This document shows positions 24,928 through 37,100 of a stretch of DNA of 64,000 bases, piece after piece. The translations under genes were made by a program, and so were the position numbers. Origin of the DNA: Ptychomitrium polyphyllum (Eukaryota); assembly GCA_973851085.1 (NCBI GenBank), contig OZ316776.1:5890001-5954000 (forward strand), in the 5' to 3' direction. The notes beneath the pieces are model-generated. The model had not been told where the DNA came from, ran no database searches, and saw only the letters and a list, made by a program, of their open reading frames with translations. The first letter of the stretch is position 1. The number at the start of each line of letters is the position of its first letter.

Positions 24928-27900
24928 ATGGCTTCGAGTGAAGGTGAAGGTTTTAGGGTCATTCAAAAGTTTCATGGTGATAACTTCTACCAATGGAAGG
25001 TTAGGATGGAGCTCTCGTTGGCTTCTTTGGACCTTTGGGACATCATAGATGAGAGTGCGGTTGCTCCACCATTGTTGGCGGATGCAAAGGAGAAGAAGGA
25101 GTTCCAACGTCATGAGAAGAAGGCTTTTGGCATCCTTGCCACCAACCTTGATGATGCCAACTTCGCCCATATCATCTCTTGCACTGGACCGGCAGAAGCG
25201 TGGAAGACGCTTTGCAACATCTATGAGAGCAAGAACCTCTCCAACATCATCTTCACAAAGAGGAAGCTCTTGAGCTGCAAGATGGAAGAAGGCCACGACC
25301 TCATGGCGCATGTGAACAAGTTGAAGGCCCTTGCAAGGCAACTTGCCATTGCGGACAAGCCATTGGAGGAGTCGGATGTTGTGATTACATTGCTCATGAG
25401 CTTGCCGGAGTCCTATAGCTATCTCATAGTAGCCTTGGAGTCCATTCCCATCAAGGACCTCACCATGGACTATGTGACGGCGAGATTGAGCCACGAGGAC
25501 ACCAAGAGGAAGGAGAAGGCGAATTCAAGTGAAGACTCCGCCTTCTTCTCGAGGCAAGGCAAGGCCACCTATTCTAATCAACGTCCAAATCTTTGAACGT
25601 GCTTTGTGTGTGGAAAACCAGGTCATTTTGCTCGAAATTGCTTCAAGGCCAAGAAAGGAGAGAGGGAGGATGCCAAAAATGTGATGGACCACCTTGGAGG
25701 TGGTGATTGTGCCTTCATGGCAAGCAAAGGGGCACCTATGGCGGCCCTATCCAAGTGGATAGTTGATTCGGGCGCCACAAAGCACATGACTCCTTACAAG
25801 TGCTCATTCCATACTTATGAGGCAATTGCAGCCACTAGTGTGCTCATGGGTGACAATGGCGTGGTGGAGGCCATTGGAATGGGTTCTATTGTAGTTGAGG
25901 TTGTTGTGGGAGGCAAGACCAAGAGGATCACCTTCAAGGACGTGCTGCATGTGCCAAAGATGAAGTCCAACCTCCTTTCGGTGAGCAAACTTGTGATGGG
26001 AGGGTTTGTGGCTCATTTCAATGTGAATGGATGTATTGTGAAGTCATTGAGTGGAGATGTTGTTGCCACGGGATTGAAGGATGGCAACTTGTACTTCATC
26101 AAGTGTAAAAAGGTGAATGGAGTGGAAGTGGCGGCTTTTGCTGATTTCATTGAAGACCAAGAGAAGTTTGGCATATGGCATGGGCGCCTTGGGCACCTGA
26201 ATGTGAAGGCCATGAAGGAGCTCCAAGGCATGGTAAGCGGCTTGGATCTTGGTACAACATGCCACAAGGCCAAAGAACTTGCTTGTGAGGCTTGCATCCA
26301 AAGCAAGCAGCAAAGGGCGTCGTTTCCAAGTGGAGTGGCAAGTCGTGCAAGCAAATTGTTGGAGGTTGTGCATTTCGACGTGTGCGGGCCTATGAGGACT
26401 TCATCCATTGGAAGAGCAAGATACTTCCTCACCTTCATTGATGATTATTCGAGGAATGTATGGGTGTTCATCCTCAAGGCCAAGAGCGAATGCTTTGCAA
26501 GATTCAAGGAGTTCAAGGCGCTTGTGGAGAAGCAATGTGAGTCCAAGATCAAGGTGTTGCATTTAGATAATGGTGGTGAGTTCTTATCCAAATGTTTTGA
26601 TGACTTCTTGAGGAATGAAGGCATTGCAACGCAAACCTCCACTCCATACACTCCACAACAAAATGGAGTTGCTGAGAGGGCAAATCGCACCATTGTGGAG
26701 ATGGCGAGGAGCATGCTTCATGCCTTATATCTTGGACATGAGTTGTGGGCGGAAGCGGTGGTGAATGCGGTGTACACAAGAAATAGGTGCTCCACAAATG
26801 TCCTTGCATCCATGACCCCTGAAGAAGCTTGGAGTGGTAAGAAGCCTTGTGTTTCACACATGAGGACCTTCGGATGCCTTGCATATGCAAAGGTTCCAGA
26901 TTGCATGAGGTCCAAGCTTGATGCAAAGGGTACAAAGTGTGTGTTCTTTGGTTATTGTGAGGGCAGCAAAGCATATAGGTTGATGTGTGTGGAGAGCAAG
27001 AAGATCATCAAGAGTCGTGATGTTGAGTTTTTGGAGCACAAGAGTGCTTGTGAGCACTTGGGGATGTGTCCAAGTGGGAGTAATGGTGTGATTGTGGACA
27101 CATCCTCCACAACAACCAAGGAAGAAGGTGGAGATGTGGATGGAGGTGAAGGAACAATGGAGGGAGAGAGCAAGGCGACTTCCACCCTTAAGACCAGCAG
27201 AGGAACCTCACAAGATGATAGTGAGCATCTTCATCCAAGTGAGGAGGATAATCTTCTAAGTGAAGGAGAAGGGGATGCATTACAAGAAGAGAGGCCTGCA
27301 TTGAGTGGTAGGAGGTACCCCATGAGGAAGAAGAGGCTACTTGGTGAATGGTGGAAGAACCACATCTTTCCAAAAGTGAGTGAAGTACATGCCAATGTTG
27401 CCCTCCTTGTTGATCCTTTAACTATGTGCGATGCCTTAAAGTCCACGGATGCAATGAAGTGGAAGAAGGCCATGGAAGAGGAGTACAAGTCGCTCATGGA
27501 CAATGGCACATGGCACTTGACTCAACTTCCTCCAAATCGTTCTTCCATAGGTTGCAAGTGGGTGTTTAGAACCAAGAGGGATGCTTCGGGTGCAATTGTG
27601 AGGCACAAGGCAAGGCTAGTTGCCAAAGGATACTCACAAGTTTCTGGTGTGGACTTCAATGAGACCTTTGCACCTGTGGCCAAGTTCACCACCATTAGGA
27701 CCATCTTGGCCATAGCAGCGGCAATGGACTTGGAGGTGCACCAGATGGATGTGAAGACGGCCTTCCTAAATGGAGACTTAGAAGAAGATATCTACATGGA
27801 GCAACTTCCAGGGTTTGTACATGAAGGCTTGGAATACCTTGTTTGCAAGTTGAAGAAGGCCTTGTACGGGCTTAAGCAATCACCAAGGGCATGGTACCAA

Positions 27901-28971
27901 CGCATTGATGCATTCTTTAGGAAGGAAGGGTTTGTGAGAAGTGAGGCGAATCATTCCTTATATGTGATGCAAACCATGGAGTTCTTGTTGATTGTGATTC
28001 TCTATGTAAATGACTTGATCATGTTGGCCAACCTTTTGGAGAAGCTAGAGTGGCTGAAGGCCAAATTAGAGCAGGAGTTTGAGATGAGTGATTTGGGCGA
28101 GTTACACTATTGTCTTGGAGTGGAATTTGTGAGGGATCGTGCAAAGAGGACCATCACCATGAGCCAGAAGAAGTACATCGAAGAAGTGTTGAAGCGATTC
28201 AACATGGAAGCCTGCAAGCCAATGGAAATGCCTTTGGAGGCAAACTTGAGGTTGATGAAGCTAAGTGATGAGGAGTATGCTCAAGTGGAGGGCAAAATGC
28301 AAGGCGTTCCATACAAGGCCAGAGTGGGGTGCCTCATGTATGCCATGGTGGGTACAAGGTTTGATCTTGCATTTTCGGTGAGTGTTGTGAGCCAACACAT
28401 GTCCAAGGCCGGCCCTATGCACTGAGCAACCATCAAGAGGATCATGAGGTACTTGAAGGGCACCTTGGACTTTGTGTTGTGTTTGGGAGGTGATAACATT
28501 GAGTTGCAGGGATTTTGTGATGCGGATTGGGCTAGAGATGCAAATGATAGGCGCTCTACAACGGGGTATGTGTTCTTCGTTGGAGTGGGAGCCATCTCTT
28601 GGAACTGCAAGAGGCAACCTACAATTGCAAGGTCAACCATGGAGGCGGAGTACATGGCGGCAAGTCATGGTGCAATGGAAGCAATGTAGCTGAGGCAACT
28701 CTTGGAAGACATTGGACTTGTACAAGTGGTTGCAACGCCCATCATGTGTGACAATCAAGGATGTCTTGCCTTTGCCAAGAATCCCAAGCATCACTCACGA
28801 ACAAAGCACATCGACATCCAACATCACTTCATAAGAGAGAAGATTGAAAATGGAGTGATAGATATGAGGTATTGTGCAACAGAGGGCATGCTTGCTAATT
28901 TGTTAATAAAAGCATTGGTAAAAGATAGACACCAGTTGCTGACGAGGTCAATTGGATTAAAGGCCCTTTGA
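24928..28971 (+). pseudogene. Ty1/copia gag-pol, single frame broken by three in-frame stops (about 25594, 28423, 28687)
   Basis: Consecutive ORFs 24928-25596, 25606-28425, 28444-28689 and 28702-28971 share one frame and carry gag, WIVDSGA protease, integrase, RT and RNase H motifs. Confidence 0.94.
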
Positions 28972-29145
28972 CCAGTAGCAAAGTGGGAGTGTTGCAAAGT
29001 GTGAAACATATAAAGTAATCATAGTTGAAGTATCCTTGTATAGGCTTAGAGCATGATATGTTGCTAATGGTCAAAGGGGTGTGAAGAAAGAGGCCATAGG
29101 AGATATGGAGGCTAGGGTTAAGAATAAGCAACAAGGATTTTGTAT

Positions 29146-29224
29146 GGCGGCTAGGGTTAGGGCGGTCGTTAGGGTTAGGGTTAGGGTGGTGGCTATGGCG
29201 GCTAGGGTTAGGGTTAGCCGCCAC
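29146..29224 (+). repeat. Telomere-like (TTAGGG)n cluster in the copia 2 3' LTR, one unit longer
   Basis: ttagggttagggttaggg in the middle block, versus two units in the 5' LTR. Confidence 0.85.
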
Positions 29225-29828
29225 ATGTCACTCATATAATGGAGGCAAATGCATGGCCGCCAAGTGGCATACTTTGGTGGATGACTCTCAAGTATAAGTA
29301 AAGGGGTTTTGGAAGTGGGAGTCGTCTTGCTCCACACTTCTCTTGTTGCAACTTTGCTCTCTCTCTTCTTGCTTGTTGTACTAGCTTTGTTGCATTTCTT
29401 CAATAGTTAGATCTTTGGCTAATATGCTATCTTTTGAATTATTTGTTGATTCTTGGCCATTTTGAAGCCTAAGGCTTTGAATTTAGAATTGATATTGATG
29501 TTGATTAGAGTTAAAATCACAATGACAAAGTAAATTTCACCTAATTATGTCATTGAACTTAATCACCTTCCATTTAGCCTTTTATTTAGCCACATGCCCT
29601 TTTAATTAGTTATTCCTTGTAAGTTGAATGGTGGCCACTTATAAAAAAAGGCAAATTATCAACTCATGAAAATACCTAGACAAACTAATCTAAACTACAA
29701 TGCAATTAGGACTATGTGGACAATTAGTCTTCTCAATTAGTGGAAAAATTTATTTGACTCACAGCCTTACTTATTGAATATGTTAAAATCGCAATGACAA
29801 GGTAAAGACCATGTAAACCCTCTGAACT

Positions 29829-30826
29829 TTAATCTTGATCCATCAAACTTGTCTGGCATGCTAATCTTTGACTTTGCATGGTTTCAATGTAAGTCTTCTC
29901 TTCTAATATTGGCCTCTTGCAATTAAACAACCTCTTGATATAAACTTTGAATACTTCCACTAGATTCTTCAGCTTGCTAAGTATGCTGCTCTAAATTATT
30001 GATGGTATTGAAACAAGTGAATTCCATTCAAACTGTGTTTAATAACTCTTGAAAGTCTGCAATAGTTGCAAACATGTTCTCTGATGTTCCAAACATGTTC
30101 TCTGATGTTCCAGGCATATTATCCATTATTTAAGATTGTCAAAGACAAAAAAATTATGAACATTTTCAAAGGAAGGTGATCTACATCCTTTGAAAGATTG
30201 AACCTTCTTTAAAAATAATAGTATTTGTTTTTAGAAGAAAACACCAACTTTTGAATAAACTTAGAGGTGGATTATCTACAACCTCTAAGAAACTATGGAA
30301 TCCTAATGAAGATGTGTAATCCACTATCTTTGTTAAAGAATCTTAGCTCTGACAAAATTAAAGAATAGTCTTGCCAAATTGTAATGAACACAAAAAGCAA
30401 ATAGCAGAAAGAAAGTGTTTCCCAGGAATTAATTTTTAAAGAGCTAATGATTAATAAGAATTGATACAAAGACTAGAGGAAGGTAGGATACAATATGATC
30501 CACAACTTATGTTGGCAAGACTAAGGAATACCTTACTTGCCTCTTATTTATACTATGACGCTTATATTTCCTGAGATACTTATAAAAAACCTTCCTATAA
30601 TGCTTAAGAATGTTTTAGAAGTCTATAGAATCTTCCAAAGAAGTTTTCCAAGATGTTGGAACCTTTTTAGGAGGTTTTTTGAAGTAATGGAACCTTTTTA
30701 AGAAGTTATATAAGGTAGTAGGACTTTCCTAGAAAAAATTTCAAGGACGTGGAAACAGTTATGGAAACATTGAAAATACTCTTAAAAACTACTATAATGT
30801 ACCAAAAGGTTTTAGAAGATTTTAGA
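29829..30826 (-). mobile_element. Old family A 5' fragment (gag start, leader, LTR from about 30380)
   Basis: Colinear with about 7020-8080, with many C>T/G>A changes; retains tagtcttgccaa at the PBS position. Confidence 0.85.
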
Positions 30827-30879
30827 TGATGAAGCACCTAAGTTGACTTGAGATAGCAACTATGGTGCTTCTATCCCTT

Positions 30880-31890
30880 GGCTATTATGTATTATCAAAT
30901 ACAGTTCTTTGTTTTGCTTGGATAAAGTCTCGGTCTTAATCCTGAATGCTTTAAGGGCATTGATAATGGAATTTAACTTGGCTTCTTTTAAATCTGTCAT
31001 ATTGACTTCTTCACCTTCTGACATAGAAATAAAATGGAAACAAATAAAAATTGCTTCTTAGAAAGCTTCTACTACATTGCTTTGCACTCAAGCAACCTTG
31101 ACTTGTTTCCTTGGAAGCTTTCTAAAATCTTCTAAGAACCTTCCTAGATGCTTCTAATATGTATATCCATGACATATGGTCAAATAAAGTTCTTTATTTT
31201 GCTTAAATAAAGTCTTGGTCTTAATCTTTAATGCTTCAAGGACATTGATAATGGAATCTAACTTGGTTTCTTTTGAATTAGTCATATTGACTTCTTCACC
31301 TTCTAACATAGAAATAAAATAGAAATGAATAAAAACTATTAAATACGTAAAAAACCTAAGAAAATTTAAGAGGCAATATGAGTCCAAAAGAGGATAATCT
31401 GCAACCTCTAGAATGCAATAGTGCTTTCAAAAAGAAGGGTGATGCACTTTTTATCAAAAAAAACTAAGCTCTGATATTGTTGTATGACAGTCTCGACAAA
31501 CTATTAGAGACAGAGTAATGATAAGACAAGGCTTCAAGATTCCAAAATATGGATTAAAATATGTCCAAGGTGTATTAGAAATAAAGAGTTATAGTAAGAT
31601 ACAAAGACAAAGTCAGAAAGTTTGAGCTAGACCACAAGAGATACATGGTTGAGATTAAAAATTGCTTCCGCCTCAACTTTTATATATACTAGGATTACAA
31701 ATCTTAGAAGCTTCTTAAAAAGCTTTTAATACATTGCTTCATATTCAAGTAACCTTGAGTTGTTTCATTGGAAGCTTTCTAAGCTATGATAACTTCCTTG
31801 GAAGTTTTATAAGCCAAGGTAACTTCTATGGAAGCTTCCTAAGCCTTTGAAGAACCTTTCTAAATACTTCTAATATGTATGTTTGTAACA
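30880..31890 (-). mobile_element. Related gypsy family B remnants: LTR about 31502-31890, leader and gag start, preceded by a duplicated LTR piece plus gag start
   Basis: Leader motifs parallel family A (gaggataatctgcaacctcta, agctctga); MxEGEEVNMT..KLxSIIN occurs twice; the LTR is similar to 47319-47736 and 53380-53599. Confidence 0.65.
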
Positions 31891-32885
31891 TTCCATTTCA
31901 TACAATATCAAATAACACAAAATAATTTTTATGATAATTAATCATGTATTTGATATAATTATTTTTTAAATATAACTTCTACTTTTATATTTCCAAAGTA
32001 TTTTTTTCTTCAAGAAAAAAACTTTCAATAAATTTTAATACAAATATTAAAGCACTTCCAATTAAGAGAGTGATTTAAGAAATTTCAACACCTATAGAAA
32101 ACTTAAGATCAATTTGGAGAAAGTTGACTAACTTCATAAAAGTCTAAAACTAAAGGTTCCTGATTACAACTTGACATTGTAAAGGCTTTTCATTGATTCA
32201 ATAAAGAACACAATGAAATGTGTTTTTGTTTTTTTATATAAAAAAATAAGATTCAAAGTGTGTTTTGTACTACAAAAATTTGAACAAAAAGAAAAATTGT
32301 GAGTCACATTAATTTGTAATTTTCACAATGATTTTTAAAATTTAATTTAAGATCCTACAATTCAATGTTTTTTAAATCATTTAATTAATTTTTATTCTAT
32401 TTTTAACTTTGAGTTAAAAATAGAAATTTAGCATGTCTTTTTAATAAACCATTATCAAAGAGTTGTAGAAATTAATTATAATTATAATTCATTTCAAAAG
32501 AAATAAATATCAATTAAGATTATGGTTTTTTTATATAACCATGATTCATTAAAGTAAACTGTAATTCATTGATAACAAGCATGCTTGGTTGATTTAAGGT
32601 TGAAATTATGAATATTCTTATTTTAAGGAAGATTGAGTCCAATTTGCTATGTATTATTTAGATATTATATGAATAAGTTATAAAAAAGTTTAATTGAAAA
32701 TCTTACAATTCATCTCTTCTAATTTAAGGCAATTGAATTTTTTTATATAATATGGTTTTTAAAAATAAAAAAATCTCAATTAAGAAAGTCTCATTAAACA
32801 TACTAAAGATATAAAATACTATGGATTTTAAAACTATATAATCATCAATAACTTACAAGGGTGCATTTTTGTTTAAGATATATAA

Positions 32886-33530
32886 TGTTAGGGACACAAG
32901 AAACAAGAAGCAGAAACGAAGTGTTTCCCAAGAATTAGCTTCCAAAGAGCTAATGATTAACAAGAACTTGATACAAAGACTAGAACAAGGTAGGATTCAA
33001 GATGATCCACAACTTGTGTTGGCAAAACTAAGGAATACCTTGTCTTGCCTCCTATTTATACTAGGACGTTTGTATCTCCTATGATACTTCTAAAGAAGCT
33101 TCCTACAAGGCTTAAGAATGTTCTGGAAGTCTAAGGAACCTTCCCAAGAAGTTTCCTAAGATGTTGGAACCTTCCTAAGTAGCTTCCAAGGAATTGGAAC
33201 CTTCTTTGGAAGCTTCCAAGGAGTTGGAACCTTCCTTGGAAGTTTCCTAAGGTAGCAGAACCTTCTTAGGAAGTTTCCTGAAGAGGTAGAACCTTCCTAG
33301 GAAGTTTCCTAAGGTGATGGAACCTTCCTAGGAAGTTTCCTAGGAAGTAACCTAAGATGATAGAACCTTCCATGGAAGTTTCCTAAGGTGGAGGAACTTT
33401 CCTGGAAAGCTTCCTAAAAACATAAAAAAGGCTATGGAGACATCTAAAAGTATTCTAAGAAACTATTCTAGTATACTAGAAGGTTCTAGAATGTTCTAAG
33501 GACTATGTTGCATGATTTATGTCCGTGACA
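32886..33530 (-). repeat. Solo LTR of family A
   Basis: Complete tgttagggac...gtccgtgaca flanked by TSD TATAA (32881-32885 and 33531-33535). Confidence 0.95.
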
Positions 33531-34001
33531 TATAATACCAAGGATTCCAAAGTACTTCAAATAATGTGGATTTCTCAATTAACTTGATTCATTTCAATAA
33601 AAGTATTTCTAAATAATTTAAATTGCTTCTAAGAATAAGGTCAAATCATGTAAAATAAAGATTGTAATAGGCTTGCAAAATAATGTTTTGAAAAGTCAAG
33701 CATGCATTAATATCAAATCATGTAAAATGTGCTTAAAAGCATGGTAATAAAAACATCTAATAATTTAGATATAATTGTATATTTTAGACAAATCTATATA
33801 TATGCTAGTACTTCATTAAAAAAAAAAACCATAGGAATATCAATTTTATAATTTTTATATACTATTACAATTTAGTTGCAATAATTTTGCATGTAGGAGG
33901 AAATGTGGAAGAAAAGACCATTGAAAACTAGCACAAAGAAGAAGTTGCACCAATTTCATTGCCATCACGATTAGGTGGAAGGAGTACTTGTGAAGAAGAT
34001 A

Positions 34002-34165
34002 TTGGGTGGTTTTTGGTAGATAATGCTATCTTAAATTGTTTTTTAAACCTTCATTACTTATTTCCTTTTATAACATTTACCGCTGCTATTATTCATCTTG
34101 CTGCATTGCATCAATATGGCTATAATATTCCATTGGGTATCAATTCTTCTATAGATAAAATAGCT
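34002..34165 (+). pseudogene. cob: Nuclear copy of a mitochondrial cytochrome b fragment (NUMT)
   Basis: Translates to VDNAILNCFLNLHYLFPFI..IIHLAALHQYGYNIPLGINSSIDKIA, matching the conserved plant Cob segment VDNATLNRFFSLHYLLPFI..LHLAALHQYGSNNPLG..DKI with decay substitutions. Confidence 0.88.
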
Positions 34166-37100
34166 AGGATGTAGGAAAAGAGGAATGGTATTAGAGCACA
34201 AATGTATACAAATGGTAAAGAACAATATAAGATTAATTTTAGAATTTGTAATTTTTACTTGATTCAATAGAAAGCTTAAGTAATGGAAGTATCTAGAATT
34301 TGTATATTTATATGAAACTTTTATGCATGACTTTTTTATATCTTTTGATTTTCAAAATGTGATGCATTTTTATAATCAAAAAATAAATCCTAGCTATTAA
34401 TGCAATACGTGTTAATTAATACATTATATTACAAATTTTCAAATTTAATTCACATAATGCAATATGGATTCAAATCTTCCTTTATATCTTTTATCTACGC
34501 AATAATACTTTCTATCTATGCAATAAATACCATTAACTACATTATATTATGGATAAATGTCCATTTGGGCTCCACTTTGTTGCTTTAAATATAAAATTTG
34601 CAATATGTACTATTTGTATTTTTAATTCCACAAATTTTTTGCTAATTTTGAAACTATGTTTTCTATAGATATAGCAATAGCAATTGAAGACTCCTCAAAT
34701 ATACCAACAAGTAGGGACCATTCCAACAAGAGTGATTTACCTCCACTACCGTGGCATAATTAAATAAGAAATCATATTTTCATTTTCTTTTTATTTGAAT
34801 TTTATAGTTTTTTTTCTTATTGCAAAAGTTGTTTTTAATTTTACAGAAAATTTAGTTTTTCTACAATATTATTGTATTAAAAATTCTATGTTAATTTCTT
34901 ATCATTCAACAAATTTTTTAATTTTGGATTGGAATCAATGATTTTTAACTAACCATATAAAGAGTTTTAAAAAAGAAAAGATAAGACATTCTACTCATCA
35001 TTACTTGCACTTATTTGCTACCAATGCCATTGAAAAATGTTGCAAGAGGTTCAAAGAGATGATCCACCTTCAAAGTCATATGAAGCAACATAATTTATTT
35101 ATAAAGTGGCATTCTGCAAGTCATCTTTTTATTCAAGTAGGTGGTTCATGTATGCATAAACATTACGACATGAATAAAAGGTTATTGGCCAACATTATGA
35201 AGTAATTTTATAAAGGATTTAAGTAGTAGAAAGGTTGTTGGAAATTTTTTGTTATGGCAAAGTAGATCAAAATTTATAATAGTATTATCAAACATCTATT
35301 AATGTAAGGCATTTCTTTATTAGCCAAGGTTGTGCATTTATGTCTTTTGAAGGATTATATATTTTGAAACAATGGTTGTGGAATAATATATAGTAGAATT
35401 GTTTTTAATTTTGAGAGGAATGATATTCTTCATGACACTTTGTGTAATATTAAATTAAAATATTTGATAAGGATCAAAAATTCAATCTTGGTACACAATA
35501 AATCTAGTGTTTGCAAGGAAAGTAAGAAATTCAATCATGGTTTGCTCAAATATCATAGAGCATGCATAATAGCTTTAAAGTGGTTTTTTGAACATGTTAT
35601 TTGGTTCTTATTTTTCAAATATGTATATATGCAATTTTTCTTTTAAAATTGTTATACTTATTTGTAAAATGGAAGAAAAGTATGAAGAATTTATTGCAAA
35701 GTTTGTTAAAATCAAAAGCTATACTTACAACATGAAAAGAGCCTCTAAGATAAATTTTTTGAAAACAAGCATGTTTGTGCACCTTGTGTAGTGTGCCGTC
35801 TAAAAATGAAGTGTCTAGAATTTAAGGCAGTGCTTAGGAAGGATACCTGCAACATGTAATGATATGTGGCCAAATGTGATACAAGCATATGCATAAGATC
35901 ATCCAACTCAATAATAGGAACATGATGAATCTAAGATAACATTAGTCATTTCTTCTAAGATGGAACCCCCATTTTCATTCCAATATGTGATAACCTTTTC
36001 AACACTTATCCAAAAGCTTGATTTTATCTGTATTTCACTAAAATTTTAGTTGCTGATTTTCTCAATAATCATTGCACACACACTACTGTACTTACAGATA
36101 GTCTCATTGGAAGCATGGTGGCTTTTGGGTGGTAGGTAGACATTCTGGAAGCCAGGGAATGATAAAGACCTAAGTTAAACATCAAACATTCATTGATTCA
36201 TTAATGTTTGCAATGTACATACTTTTGTTAAAAAAAACGTGGTGTGGAATTCAGACATGACTTCACAAAATACAAATCCAGGAGGAAGTGCAGAAACCTG
36301 ATTGTATTGCTGTCAATTTGTGCAGAGGTGTGGCCTGGCAAAGCGGAACAGAGACACTTTTTTGCAAGCTCTGAATCTAGCCAAAGCCAATACTTGTTGA
36401 CTTACACTGAATGGGCTGTCACAAAACTACACAATTCCAGGCCACAATTGTAGTAACCGATACCACAAAACATGGACATTGAACTGTATTACTTGGGGCT
36501 GACTCATAATATGGATTACTGTAGCTGGCAGTTGTGATGTGCAAGATGCTGCCCCATATTCTCAGCCAACGAAAAGTTTGTGAATATGCATAAGCAGTAT
36601 GAAATTTATTTGCTCAAAAATGACTTTCTGCCTCCCTGGCCAATGATGCCAAGAAACTCCTCAATCATAAGTTTATATGATTTCATAGAACCTATTCTTA
36701 CCCAACAATGATACAGTATAGTAGATCGCTACAGAAAAATGGTTCCAAGCTCTCAAGGAGGATTGCATTCATTAGGAGTGGGCCAGGAAGCCACCCACTA
36801 GGCTATTGGCTACCAGCTAACAAAATGGAAATTATCCACACGGCTGCAACAGATTGCTTGACTTTTTTTTCTGGAAGAAATGCAATCCATGAGGAGGAAT
36901 AAAATAATAACTTGAGTGCGAGATGAGAGGTACCCAAGTCAGCCCAAGGAAAGCAAGGGCCAAGAGCCCAAAAGCAAAAACAATCGAAACGATCCCAGCC
37001 GAGATCAAGGAGGATATTTTATCTTTCATTTTTTAATTTTAGGCTCAATCACAGGACCCTGCAACCAGGCTGATCTGACGAAACGGACGGGCTGGCTGAG

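Larger units (their letters stand above)
24068..29405 (+). mobile_element. Full-length Ty1/copia LTR retrotransposon 2
   Basis: LTRs 24068-24477 (410 bp) and 28990-29405 (416 bp), differing by roughly 8 substitutions by eye plus one 6-bp indel; TSD GTTAG at 24063-24067 and 29406-29410; PBS ggttatgggccca at 24478-24490; PPT gcaaagtgggag. Confidence 0.96.

Noticed and set aside
35775..35820. Possible Helitron 3' end (weak hairpin then CTAG)
   Set aside because: The hairpin is poor, CTAG is followed by A rather than T, and no 5' end or Rep/helicase remnant is recognisable.
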